The notes beneath the pieces are model-generated. The model did not search any database, had not been told where the DNA came from, and was given only the letters and a program-made list of their open reading frames with translations. A stretch of DNA of 62,920 nt, counting the filler, from Octopus bimaculoides (lineage: Eukaryota), in the NCBI RefSeq assembly GCF_001194135.2. It is 4 parts of 3 records of this genome, joined end to end, with 100 filler letters (N's around TTAATTAATTAA, not from the genome) between each part and the next. Parts side by side here need not be neighbours in the genome. Positions count along the whole stretch, not along the records: positions 18,382 to 45,916 come from NC_068986.1; 3 more parts are not named here. One strand, 5' to 3'. The translations under genes were made by a program, and so were the position numbers. Numbering within the stretch: the first letter of the stretch is position 1; the number at the start of each line of letters is the position of its first letter. Below are positions 26,830-39,400 of the stretch, in pieces.

Positions 26830-27558
26830 AAACAAAGTTAATATTATAATGTTTCTCAAATTACATATTACTTTTGTTTTTACTCAGGTTTACGGTACAT
26901 CTGGTGCAAATTTCGTGCGTCGCAGAGTTGGGGAAGCATTTAAGGCTGAATGCCTGGTACCAACCGTAAAACATGGGGGTGGTTCTATCATGGTGTCGGC
27001 CTGCATGTCTGCTACAAGACCCGGAGAAATGTTTTTACGTCAGGGAAGGATGAATTCAGCTACCTATGTTTCTATTTTATCGGATGTTTTAGAGCCATCA
27101 AGTGCTAAATTGCATCCAGGAGCGTCGAAAAACAGTGTTATCTTTCAACAAGACAACGCTCCATGCCATACAGCAAAGAATACTCGTCAATGGTTTGAGA
27201 CACGGGGTATTGTACCCATGGACTGGCCAGCTCAAATTTCCGATCTAAATGCAATCGAACACCTATGGGGAACTCTTGGTGAAGTTATCAGGAACACAAC
27301 TAAAAATAAAGAGCATTTGTACCAAAGGTTGAGAGAAGAATGGAGTAAAATTGCGCCCAGCACCTGCAAGAAACTAGCTGATTCAATGCCTGACCAAATA
27401 AAAGCGGAAGTTGATGCTAAAGGAAGGTCAACCGGATATTAAAACTAATGTATATTGTGAAATATACCATAATCTACCATGGGCATGAGTTTCATTAACA
27501 TTGAGATAGCAGAACCTCAAAACATTGGGGTGGCCTAATACTTTTGGCCAAGGCTGTA
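26830..27558 (+). mobile_element. Tc1 element, 5'-truncated, with right TIR
   Basis: Right end GGTGGCCTAATACTTTTGGCCAAGGCTG followed by TA (27557-27558). Confidence 0.8.
26888..27442 (+). CDS. Tc1 transposase C-terminal exon (DD34E), open frame; first catalytic D missing
   Basis: TVKHGGGSIMV, FQQDNAPCHTA, DLNAIEHLW with 34 residues between D and E; frame begins after acceptor TTTTGTTTTTACTCAG|. Confidence 0.85.
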   Translation, partial: VYGTSGANFVRRRVGEAFKAECLVPTVKHGGGSIMVSACMSATRPGEMFLRQGRMNSATYVSILSDVLEPSSAKLHPGASKNSVIFQQDNAPCHTAKNTRQWFETRGIVPMDWPAQISDLNAIEHLWGTLGEVIRNTTKNKEHLYQRLREEWSKIAPSTCKKLADSMPDQIKAEVDAKGRSTGY

Positions 27559-27749
27559 TAACACAAGACAAGGAAAAAGCTGTATATTGCATTGATCCTC
27601 TAACATTGAAACTGGCCACGTCTGATCCAAATATTCTATCTACCTTATGTTCAAACTGGTCAGATCTGGCGTCTCACACTTACTCAACTATCTTAAGCAA
27701 TCACAACATTGAAATTTTGAAATTGTGAGATAATGCTTGATTAACTCAA

Positions 27750-28230
27750 AACAATGTGAATAAACAAGCATCACATTTTAGGAAGGGCTAAACTCTTTGT
27801 AAACATTACATAGCATCAACATGGGTGTGATGGAAAAGCCACTTCCAAATCTCCGGTTTTGTAAATTGACATCCTTATTGACTTGAGGATGATCTCTCAT
27901 CAGGCCATCTGTGCTTCTTGTACAGAGAGTATATACTCCACTAAAGTAGGGTACATACACTTATCAATAGTTGTCAAAAAATCTCTTGAACAGTATTCCA
28001 GTGAAGATTACTATAGACATAACTGAATAGATAGTCAACCAACCAAACTGTACAAAACACACATCCTGTAAAAAGCTACTTGAAGGATGTTCCTCTTAAA
28101 TAAACTTAAAGCCATACTGTAACTATTATGCATAATTTCCGTTAGTTGTATCATGTCTGAAATAGGAAGTAAGCTCTTTACGCCACCTCCTATTGAAGAA
28201 ATACGTGTATAGTCACAGTGCAAAATATTC
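27750..28230 (-). mobile_element. Degenerate LINE RT fragment (RTE-like)
   Basis: IFTGILFKR and RSTDG remnants; AATCTTCACTGGAATACTGTTCAAGAG recurs inverted at about 30110-30140. Confidence 0.45.
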
Positions 28231-28269
28231 AAGGCTATTTTTACCTATGGTAACATGATGCTGACACAC

Positions 28270-29507
28270 CACACGTAACAGAAGTTTTGCGTTTGCGAAA
28301 ATCTTGCCGAGATTGTTAAAAACCTTTACACATGAAAAACGTTTTAAAAGAATTATTTTCAATTATCAGCACAGTTGCCATTATTTTGGATGACCTTCTG
28401 CCATTTATCAGGTAGCTTTTTGATTCCTCTCAAGCAAAATTCAGCTGACTTTGACATGAAGAAGCTTTCCACATACATTTTCACCTGAACTTTCTGAGAA
28501 AAATTTTTCCCCATCAGAGTATTTTGTAGGAAGCGAACAAAATGGAAATCAGTTGGTGCAAGGTCTGGTGAATATAGTGGATGGTGTAGAACAGATCAGC
28601 CCAAATCCAGTATTTCATCCTGAGTGATTCTTACTGAACGTGCACTTGCATTATCATGGAGAAGCACAACGTTTCTCCTATTGGCGAGTGCAGGGCGTTT
28701 TCATAAAAGATTTTCATGTACATGTTACAACTTTTGAGAGTATAGTCGGCATTTAGTGTTTGATTGCTGTTTAAAAACTTAAAATAATACTGCGGTGATT
28801 CCACCATACACGCAACGTAACCTTCCTTCCATGGAGCTCAGCATTTGAGGTTGGTTTTGGAGATTTATTCTTGTCAATCCACTACATTCTGTGTTGGATA
28901 ATGTCATAAAAGACCCATTTTTCATCACCTGTAATATTATTGAGAAACAACTCATTTCTCTGTCTTGAAAGAAGATTTGTTGCTATGGACATGCGATCTT
29001 CCCTTTTCTTCTCACTAACAGTACGGGGAACTGAAACACCCATCTTGATGACTTTTCCTATCTTTTCCACGTGGTGGCAGATGGTGGATTGGGATGTATT
29101 GAGGTCAATTACTAATTCCCGAGCCGTTTTACGAGGACTGAATTCCACTAATTATCTTAAAGCATCTTGATCAAAGAGTGATAAGCATCCTGGTTTGAGG
29201 ATGACAAAACTCTGGAACATTGCTGTGGAAACCAATTTCGCACTTGCTGGTCATTAGTAACACCTTGGCCATACACACTATATATTCTTAGCTGTTTCTC
29301 TGGCATTTTTCCATTCTTAACCCCCCCCCCCACATCACATGTCAAATATGCACTTTAATATTAAACTATGATGCTTAAATATGAATGACAGGTGAGGCTC
29401 TTTTAAAAACAGTAGTTTCCATTTCAATTTTAAACATCAGAAGTTAGAAATGCGTGGTTACAATTTACTTCGATAAAAACGGAAATTATTTATGACTCGA
29501 CCCAATA
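28270..29507 (-). mobile_element. Mariner transposon, near full-length, degenerate
   Basis: ITGDEKWVFYD, LHHPLYSPDLAPTDFH, GIKKLPDKWQKVIQNNG; TIR GGAAATTATTTATGACTCGACCCAA-TA ending at 29507. Confidence 0.88.
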
Positions 29508-30328
29508 GGTTTTGTATTATGTCAACGTTTCCGTAACGTGGCGAATACTAGTGCTTTCTAAAAGGAAGTAAATGAAGATTCTTTGTCTGTACGAGATAAT
29601 CGTCTTACTTAACAACAATGTATACCATATCAGTTTATACAACGTTCAACTGACAACATATTACATTGCAGAATATGTTGTTCCCCGGCAAAAGGGTAAC
29701 AGCTGCAATGAAGATCTCTTCCTAACTTCGAGGTTTCAGGTTTTATTTATTTGTCCGACACGTTGGAAAAATGTCCCCAATCTTAGGTTGGGGTCGATCA
29801 AGGGAAATTTGATAGATGGAAGGCTGTGTGGAAAGCTGTCGAAAGGATTTTTCCTGTTTTAAGGTTGTAGATTTAAACGCCACCCGGTTCCATGGCTCCA
29901 CCCGTCGTTGGATGACTTTAGCAGAGACGATGCCGTAGTAAATTTCAATTGGTTGAATGTCTAGTGTTATATGTTTATGATAATTCACGAATGTTATGAC
30001 TAATCATAAAAGTGTTAATACGGTCGTATCTTGCAATTTCACAAGTGTAGAGCTTTATCAACATACACAGTTGTATGTTTTACTTTATTCAGCTATCAGG
30101 TCTTTAATGATCTTCATTGGAATACTGTTCAAGAGTCTTTTTAACAGCTACTGATATGTGTAAGTATTCTACTTTAGTAGAGTTATACAAGAAGCACAGC
30201 TGATTGGAGGGCTCTTTTGGTCGTGTCACGCTTAAGTTTTACAAGTTCCTATTATTTCATCACTATACACATCGGTACTACGTAACGCTCATGAAACTTA
30301 GCTCATCCTGATCTCCTACTTCAGAAAC

Positions 30329-30412
30329 AAGAATTATTGACTTTAGGAGTCAACAAAGCACTTATTAATTAACGCGTGCTTTGTTGATTCCTAAAGTTCA
30401 ATTCAGATTCTT
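30329..30412. other. Near-perfect hairpin (about 24-bp arms, 14-nt loop)
   Basis: TTGACTTTAGGAGTCAACAAAGCAC (30337-30361) vs GTGCTTTGTTGATTCCTAAAGTTCAA (30376-30401). Confidence 0.85.
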
Positions 30413-30589
30413 CTATAGACCTGGAGATGACAACGAGGAAATCCCTCAATAACATACTTTACATTACATCCTTCACTTTCTTTGATATGTTTTTTAAAAG
30501 ATCTGGATCTCATTTTTTGTTCTGAATCACATATTAAACTTTTCAGGTTTATAAATTATCTCACGATAATCTTCCTTTTTTCTTTTTTT

Positions 30590-31170
30590 TTTTTTAGTCT
30601 GGAGTGCATTGCGCATAACTTTGCATCACCCACGAGATCGGTGAGCTTAGATATCATTAATGCACAGTTTAAACTGTTACATGAACAGAGACAAAATTCC
30701 AGCGTCGACATTCTAGGGACAACGGAGGAGTACTGACGGCTAGGGCGAGGCTGAGGAAATTGAGCGTACCAAAAATAACTAAGCGAGATGATGACTGGTT
30801 GACTGGATACGTGCAGTGGTGAACACATTTCGGTAGGAGTTGGATTTTAAGGTGAGAAAGAGATCAAAGGTATCTGGAGTAGGTCTGGAATGCGTGTAGG
30901 AGATGAAACGAGTTCATGTAAAGGGTTAGAAATAGTAAAGAATTCGCTTTATGCGCCGGCAGCATCGATGTGAGATGAGTGGGTGAGTTATGTCAAGTTG
31001 TAAGCATCGACGTTATCGAAGACGATGATTTCAGAGAGGGAAAGTGGTGAAATCTCTATTCTCAATGCAAGAGGAGATATATTCACAGAGCTGCCTGGAT
31101 GTAGTCTGGAGAACAGAGGTATTAGGAGGAATGAGAGAGGGAGACTTTAAGCCAGAGTAGCTCGAAGTTG
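30590..31170 (-). mobile_element. Degenerate CR1/L2-type LINE endonuclease fragment
   Basis: SEIIVFDNVDAYN...THSSHIDAAG...FFTISNPLHELVSSPTRIPD matches the EEP GDFN...WL...PTRIP pattern. Confidence 0.7.
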
Positions 31171-32169
31171 TTATTATTGAAATCCTGGTGGGAAAGGTGA
31201 AAGACATTAAACTTGTCTTGTTAACATTAAATTTACCATACCAAACTTACTACATTTACTACATCGTTAAATTTTACCTCTAATGCCCTTGATTTGAGAT
31301 TTTGCTAGATAAGTTATGAAACATAATAAACTTAAAATCAAGAGCGATCATTATCAAGACGAAACATTTATCTCTTCACTGCATTATTCACATGTAGTCA
31401 GCTGTAGACATTATCACACAAGTTACTGGGATTAGGGATTCCTTTAACTTGAAGACATTTGCTAATCAAAACGACTGACATCAAATCGACGTTGCAAGTA
31501 TTGTAATGATGTAAACAGAAAATTTACAAAACAAACCAAAAATGTATGTCTCTACAGTTTGCTTGAATTGTTAAAAAATTCGTGTTTCAGAATGTTGTGT
31601 CGAGATATAAAAAAGGTTAAGTAATATGCATTTTGCTTGATTAAATTATTGTTTTGTTTCTTAACTGTGTTACTATTGTTTTGTCTAGTTGTTTCTTGAC
31701 TATACTCTTGTGTATTCTTATTCCATTCATGTGCTTATGTTACACAACCCCGAAGCAACGAATATTCTGAAGTGTTACACATGCGGATATGATTGTTATA
31801 CTTCAAACTCTATCGCGTTGATGTAAAACAGCTGCGCCATAACACTTCACACAACGGAAGAAGAGCTGAGATACACTCTCTGAGCAATTAACAACCACTT
31901 GAAGACAGCATATCCACTTGACAATTTATGTTATGAAAAACATCAACATTATAGCATAACGTGGGGATTGCGGAATGATGTACTTTGTGTATGTATCACA
32001 CATGTATCGAAATTTTTTTCTATGTTTAGAGCAGGTCTGTCTGATTTTACTGGCGGAGCCGCCTGGAAGATACCTAACAGACATCAAAGAGAAGTTGAAA
32101 AGATCTCCAGAGAAATCTTTCGAAAGAGATAATGATTTCATTGTTCTCTTGGGTTGTCAGACTCTTGTT

Positions 32170-32436
32170 GGTGAAAAAAACTCTGAAACATCTTACCAAA
32201 GAATCTAAGAAATCTGCAAGGGGTAGATGTGGAAACGTTCAAAAAGCACCCGGACAAATTTCTCTCTGAAATTCCAGACGAGCCAACATCGCGGTAGGAG
32301 GCATAAAGAAGAGCAATTTCGTCCAGCTCGCTTCTTCACAAAAGAACAGTACCGAAAGGAAACCTCAGAATACTGAAAGTCGGTGCTCCAGTATGGCCAC
32401 AGCTTCGGGCCGAAACCAGTAAAAGAATAGAAGAAC
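32170..32436 (+). mobile_element. CR1-type LINE 3' end with tail
   Basis: LPKNLRNLQGVDVETFKKHPDKFLSEIPDEP (FKxxLDxFL motif) then tail CGGTGCTCCAGTATGG...GAAACCAGTAAAAGAATAGAAGAA. Confidence 0.75.
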
Positions 32437-32724
32437 AGGGGAAAAAAATACGTAGACACTCCCCCACCACAACACACACATATATATATATACATATATA
32501 TATGTGTATGTCTAGCATAATTCTAGTACCATTTTCTTCATCTCTCAATATGGGGAGCTGCTATAATACTCGACGATTCACATCACAAATTAATAATTTT
32601 GTAACCTTCAAAGCAAAATTTTGTACGCCAGAAGAGATGCATTTTCTTACCACTTCTTTCGAAGCTAACCTATAACCTTTCTATTTATTTCGTTTTCTGT
32701 TAATCTTCGTAAACGTTTTATTGA

Positions 32725-32985
32725 GTTATAGGAAATTTTGCCGTAAACATGTTTGCCGTAGGAAAATTCGATTTAGAAAAAAAAAAAAAAACATAAATTG
32801 CAATAGAAAAAAAAATGAATTACAAAGAAACGAAAGAAACAAATAGCTGTTTTCTTAAAATGGCAACTTCATCAACTAACCTACCAATCGGAGAAAGGTA
32901 ATTTCTTTAAAATCAGTCATCTAGTTTACAGTCGGCTAATGTGCTTCCTTTACGGCAAAATTTTCTACGGTGAATTTTCTGGACA
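32725..32985. mobile_element. Putative MITE with subterminal inverted repeats
   Basis: AAATTTTGCCGTAAA at left vs TTTACGGCAAAATTT at right, each with a second partial repeat. Confidence 0.45.
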
Positions 32986-33767
32986 CTGTTTTATTGATAT
33001 AAATAGAAGACGTCAGACGCCAACTATATTTCTAAAATGGCGACTTTCCAATTATGAAAATTAGTGTTATATGTTTATGATAATTCACGAATGTTATGAC
33101 TAATCATAAAAGTGTTAATACGGTCGTATCTTGCAATTTCACAAGTGTAGAGCTTTATCAACATACACAGTTGTATGTTTTACTTTAGTAATTCTTCCAA
33201 TGAAATAAATTTGTTAATTTAGTGTTTGTTACATTCGTTTTTCACGAAGGATATGTTTAGCACACACTAATCACTAAGTCCAACACAGTAATCACTAAGC
33301 CACGTGCCTCTACAGGAGCCTTGTGGACCCCGTTGAGAACCACTGTGCTTGATAATATAATAGATAATGTAGCGCTACTTGATGTAAAGAACTTTAAAGT
33401 GCTGCAGAATATAATGCTTGTTGCCCGTGCGAAAATTAAAAAAAAATTAAATTAAAATTCTAAAAATCTGGGTGGTTACGGTTGGAATGCATTTAATTAT
33501 AAATTAGGCTCAAACAGAACTCATCTAGGGCTAAAACAGCTTCAGCAACAACAAGAAAAACCAACAAAACAATGACGATAAACGAAGCCCCCCAAAAATC
33601 TTGCCATTGTTTGACATTCCGCTACCTTTAGCTTTCAAAGTGAACGCTGATGTCATCTCGATTGCTTCAGGCAATCTGCTTTGCTCACGGCTTGTTACCC
33701 AGCCGCCACTCACACTAATTGTCCGGCGAATGGCGGTTAAGTTAAATTAGCCGTAACTATCTCTTAC

Positions 33768-33851
33768 CTGCCGGCAGAAAGCCCTATGAACGCACGACAG
33801 GAACATTATAAGAGATAACGTCAAGATCGCCTTTGAAAACGATTCTGACAT
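33768..33851 (-). CDS. Candidate first coding exon encoding a signal peptide ([28 protein letters not shown])
   Basis: ATG at 33851, hydrophobic core [12 protein letters not shown]-x-C cleavage-like end, strong donor CAG|GTAAGA, phase 0. Confidence 0.45.
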
Positions 33852-33993
33852 TGGTGTCACACCGCCACACCAACCTGTCTGCTTACCACTGTTAATGGAA
33901 CTGCTGCCATCTCTTCACTGCTGCTGCGGATGTTGTTCTGATTATTGTAGCTACGATTGTTCTGTCACCAAAGATTGTATAGACATAGACATA

Positions 33994-34109
<116 letters not shown>

Positions 34110-34449
34110 TATATACATATATATATATGCACATACATACACACACGCACGCACACATATACATACATACAAACATGCTTACATACGCGTGTGCATATAC
34201 ACGCGCATGCAGGCACACACTCAGATATATGCGTGTGCGTGCGTGTGTTGTGTGTTTGCACTTTGAATTGTTTCTATACATGTAGCGTGAGTGTATAGAG
34301 GAAGAGTAAAAGTGATCGAAGGAGGAAATAGATATTTATACATACATGCACATACATATATTTATGTAGTCATACATACATACATACGCACACACGCGCG
34401 TGATAGTGCGTGTGTGTATGAAGATATGTCTTTTTTCAATCTTTTCTAC

Positions 34450-34624
34450 ACTAGGCACAAGGCCCTAAATCGACCCTAGTATGCAACTAGTATTTAATCT
34501 ATTACCCCGAAAGGATGAAAGGCAAAGTCGACCTCGGCGGAATTTGAACTCAGAACGTAGCGGCAGACGAAATAGCGCTAAGTATTTCGCCCGGCGCGCT
34601 AACGTCTCTGCCAGCTCTCCGCAT
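34450..34624 (-). mobile_element. tRNA-derived SINE (family A)
   Basis: On minus strand: A-box-like CTGGCAGAGACGTTAGC, B-box-like GAGTTCAAATTCC, body GTCGACTTTGCCTTTCATCCTTTCGGGG. Confidence 0.88.
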
Positions 34625-35291
34625 TTATGTTTTTATATAATGTAATGAGTATGTATGCGAGTGGTTGTTTGTTTACATATATATGTGTGTGTGAGAGTAG
34701 TGGTGGTGATGGTGGTGATGCGTGTATGTGTGCGAGCGCACGTTTGTATAGAAAAGAAAGAGAGAGAGAAAAAGAAATTATCACGTGTTCGTTTTATCCT
34801 ATAAATCAGTTTAAATGTAATCTACCTTTCATTTCTAAGTAGCTTTAGATTTTACCTTATTTTCTTACAATAATCGTACGCGCGCGCACACGTACTCACA
34901 CACACACAAACACGCACACACACATGCACGCACGCACGCACATATATATTTTATCAGCATTTCCCTCTACACGTTTTTTGCACTCAGCCGTGATTTCGAC
35001 GCAACCGTATTTCTATAGATCGATCATAACACGGAGATCATTGTCGCCAGACACTACTGAACAGAACATACGTAAAGCATGACGACAAAAAAAAACGGGT
35101 TCCACTCTGATTAACACCTATTGACAAGATGGAGAACTTGGATAACCTGACATTTGACAGACCTGAAAGAAAAGGTATCAGGTAACTAAATGTCACTACA
35201 ATAACAAAGATGGTGACGATTAGCGTAATAACTACTACCACTACCACTACCACTACTACTACTACTACTATTGATGATGATGATGATGATG

Positions 35292-35340
<49 letters not shown>

Positions 35341-35504
35341 TAATAATGATAATAATGATGTTTTCTTTATTCGTTACAAAGACATGGATGAGAGAAATTA
35401 TACAGCTGAAGCACAAAAATAATGCGGTTGATGGGTGAGCGGTGGCGATCACATCGTGTGTGGACTTATAAATGCCGCCCAAAACAAAACACAAATATGA
35501 AATT

Positions 35505-35722
35505 ATATGCATGTATATGTGTGTGTATGTATGTATGTATGTATGTATGTATGTATGTATGTATGCATGTATGTATGTATGTTTGTATGTATGTATGTAC
35601 GTATGTTTGTATGTTTGCATGTATGTACGTATGTTTGTATGTTTGCATGTATGTATGTATGTATGTATGTTTGCATGTATGTATGTATGTATGTATGTTT
35701 GCATGTATGTTTGTATGTACGT
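35505..35722. repeat. (ATGT)n microsatellite with GCAT/TTGT variants
   Basis: Direct reading. Confidence 0.95.
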
Positions 35723-35724
35723 AC

Positions 35725-36006
35725 GAGCAGGTGTAGAAGCGTGGCTGTGTGGCAAGAAGCTTGCTTTCCACATGGTTCCCGGTTCGGTCCCACTGCACAA
35801 CACCTTGGACAAGTGTCTTCTAGCCTTGAAAGCGTTTGACAACTGGCGTTGGTGTTTTTATGTCCCCGTAGCATTGCCGGTTTGGCAAAAGAGGCCGATA
35901 GAATAAGGATCAGGTTTAAAAAAATAAAAAACACTAAGAACTGGTGTCGAAGGCGGTGCCCCAGCATGGACATAGTGTAATGACTGAAACAAGTAAAAAC
36001 TAAAAG
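35725..36006 (+). mobile_element. tRNA-derived SINE (family B) with CR1-like tail
   Basis: Head GCGTGGCTGTGTGGCAAGAAGCTTGC...GGTTCGGTCCCACTG (A/B boxes); tail CGGTGCCCCAGCATGG...TGAAACAAGTAAAA. Confidence 0.85.
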
Positions 36007-36432
36007 ATATACATGTATGTATGCATGCCTATATATATATGGGGTTGATGTAATCGACTAACCCGCTCTCCCGAAATGCCTGGTCTTGTACCAAAATTTG
36101 AAATGAATATATGTAGTATTAATACAGTGCTATCATTTTGATTTTTTTTTCTTTTCTACATGCTACTTCTATGATTAAAATGTTCAAAATTAATGTGATA
36201 ACTTTCTAGNNNNNNNNNNNNATATATATTGTTGTACTTGGGGATGGTCATATTGCCAGTTTAGCCAATAAAAACACACGCACTGTATATCTGGTGTTAA
36301 TTTGTTTCAGCTTTATATTACATTAATCCTATTTCGGCCAGAGTTCTTTCGTCACACTTCTGTGACCTCATCAGTGGTCCTTTGTTTCCTTCTTTCTTAT
36401 GTGTGTCTCACCTTGCTAACTATCACACAGAA

Positions 36433-36465
<33 letters not shown>

Positions 36466-39400
36466 TGTATGTATGCATGCCTATATATATATGGGGTTGA
36501 TGTAATCGACTAACCCGCTCTCCCGAAATGCCTGGTCTTGTACCAAAATTTGAAATGAATATATGTAGTATTAATACAGTGCTATCATTTTGATTTTTTT
36601 TTCTTTTCTACATGCTACTTCTATGATTAAAATGTTCAAAATTAATGTGATAACTTTCTAGACTTGCTGTTTTTTTTTTTCATTTTACTTTTCTGTAATG
36701 TATTCAAACAAACTCCATTGTAATCATTTTGTTTCTTTTCTGGACACATTGAACCGAGGACGACAATATCCAATGTGCCTGCTTCTTCCAAACCGGTAAG
36801 GTGTGATTCGATGGATATTTGGTCACGTTTTTTTTAAACACCAGCTCAAAAAGCCTTATAGAAGAAATATTATTGGCTTCGCTGTATTACGTTTGTCAGC
36901 GTGTGGAATCTAATTCAGATTTATTTCAATTATAGGAAGCTGAAAGAAAAAACTGTAATTATAATTGAAATACGAAATAATTACACCGCGTTAATAAACT
37001 ATTACGTTTATCAACATGGTAGTACTATTCCAGATTTTAATTTATAGTTACAACTGTTTTTTTAATATATTTTAATTAATCTCAGTCATTATACTACAAT
37101 TTTCTGAGATATTAATTCATTTTTCTTTCTAAACTGAATTTTAACAATGAATAAATTCTTCGACATTTTTGCTTGCAATGTTATGTCTTTTCGCCTACGA
37201 TTTTCTTCAAACAGATTTCCATTCAAATTTAGTGAATGCGTTTAGATAAGGTAAATATAGCCATTTTGCCTCTATAGCTTACAATTTCTACTGCCAATTA
37301 CGAGTTAGTAAGGAAACTTTTATGAGGTCACTCGACCTGCAAGAAAAAATAATCAAATCTCTCTCTTGGAAAAATGATATATTGTATTGTGAAGTCGTAA
37401 GTATACAATGTCTAAGAGTAGGACGAGGATGCCAATAGCAAGAATGGCCTTTATCATCAGGCTTGACCAGATGTTAAAAGACAAAACCAAGTGGCCTTTA
37501 TCTATACCTCTTCATTCAGTTCGTACAAATTTAGTGAGTTTATTTTAGTATTCCATCAGTTTCAGATATTGCACTGTGACATTACTAGAGCACTGCTTCA
37601 TTTTACTGCCGGAACCAAAGATTATGATTAAGAATGAGAAATAGAGAACAAACACCCACGACAAAATCTCAATCAACAAATGAAAAACGGACCAATCACT
37701 AAAATAAAATATTCAAACGAAAAGATACATTGAGGATTTCAGAAACAAGTCTAGGATCCATAATAGATGTGGACGTAGTTCTGTTGTTAAGTTTTGCTCT
37801 ACAATTATCTGGATTCGTGTTTGATTATAGTGCACCACACCTTGAGCAAGGGATTTTTACCATAAACTCGAATTTACCAACCCTTGCGCATGGAGTTTGG
37901 TAGACAAAATCAATGTAGAAGTCCATCTGAAGGATTTTTTTCTTTCTTGATCAGTGGACTTAATCCATCACCCGGTTAAACACCGGTCCTGGAGATCTTG
38001 AGTGAATCTAGCGAGAGTTCACTGTGTTGCAAGTATTCTCGGCAAGTCACATATCTGAGAATAACTTTCATACCTTTCAAATGTTCACGGATCCAGCCGT
38101 GGCTCTTCTGACGAAGCCATAAAATTATTTTAAAATTTTTATTTGATTCAAGGGATCAATACTTCTTGCTTGGCTTTGTTTTACCAAGTCAGTTAGATGA
38201 TTTGAACGTTGACACTGTTTCCATCGTAATCAACTGTATATCATCTGTTCAACAGTAGACGAAAGAAATAACCTTCATAAAGTAACCCGTCTCTAAGATA
38301 TAACTTAATGTATTGCGTATATAGAGAAGTAGTATAACTGGGGCATTAGTATTTTGTTTTAGTTGCTATAAACACTCAGACATTACACTGATTTTGATTC
38401 GAGGAAACTTTTATTTCTGACACGAAGTGACGCCTGGATATTTTGACGTTTTTCTTTATCCATTTGCTGGAATGGAGGAAGGTGTAATGAATGCCCACGA
38501 TATCGTTAAACACTCCTTGACCAAAGGCACTGATATCATTAATATTTCATTTGAACCTGTGTAAGTCAACACTTGGGGGAATGTTATGAATAAGGGGGGT
38601 TCAAGACCTACGTTCTGCAAAGGGAGGACTGGGTATAGTGATTAGCGCAGGATATGAGAACTGGACTCAACAAGTGAGATAAGAGGAGAAACGAGTTGGA
38701 CAGGAATGACAAAATGGAGATTACATGAGTTCTATTATAATAGCGTTAAAGGTAGAGAGAGAGACGGACAGAAAGAAAGAGAGAGAGATACAGACAGACA
38801 GAGAGAGGAGAAGAACGAGGCAGAGAGAGACACACAGAGAGAGTAGCAGAAGGGAAAGATGAGAGAGAGAAAAAGATGCGATAAAAAGGAGTACGCCTGT
38901 GAACCAGATGCTGCATCATGTTTGTGAGTGAATTTATGCTAATTATTTGGGTGGCTATTTTCTAGATGCAGTCAGGATGTCTGCGTGTGCAACAGCAGTA
39001 CTGTCCCAGATGTTAATTGCTGGTAGGGACAGAACTGGGTTTGCGACTCATGTTTTTCAATTCTTGGTTGAGCGTTTTCACTTGTTTATTGAACATTTCT
39101 TTCCGCCAGATGCCACTTTTCACCCGTTATGTCTTTCTCAGATTATTTGGAAAACAGTAGAAGCAAACCCGAAGGCGAATTCTACAACAGTAGTTCATAA
39201 ATGTATGCTAATAATATAAATACATATATGTGGTTATATATGTGCAAGTATACACACACATGTGTATGCATACATAAGCATAGAGACACAAACATATCCT
39301 CATTTTATTTATTTATTTATTACGATTCTTTAAATTTCTCCAGGGAAGAAAGAATCAGTCGGTCTGTAAAAAATATACACAAAAACAAAATAAATAAATA

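Noticed and set aside
32028-32132. Phase-2 terminal exon (RAGLSDFTGGAAWKIPNRHQREVEKISREIFRKR*) that would fit the 24362 exon
   Set aside because: Lies directly against, and probably within, a decayed CR1 3' region; the fit may be chance
34560-34620. tRNA genes at SINE heads
   Set aside because: A/B boxes are present but continue into SINE bodies and do not form a full cloverleaf
35129-35181. Possible first exon MENLDNLTFDRPERKGI|GTAACT, divergent from the 33851 start
   Set aside because: Short, moderate donor, no convincing next exon or homology
36005-36661. About 200-bp exact duplication (36005-36209 vs about 36460-36661)
   Set aside because: The first copy ends precisely at an N gap; typical unmerged contig overlap
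38965-39219. About 80-codon open frame after CTATTTTCTAG
   Set aside because: No recognisable motif and a weak donor; expected by chance at this length
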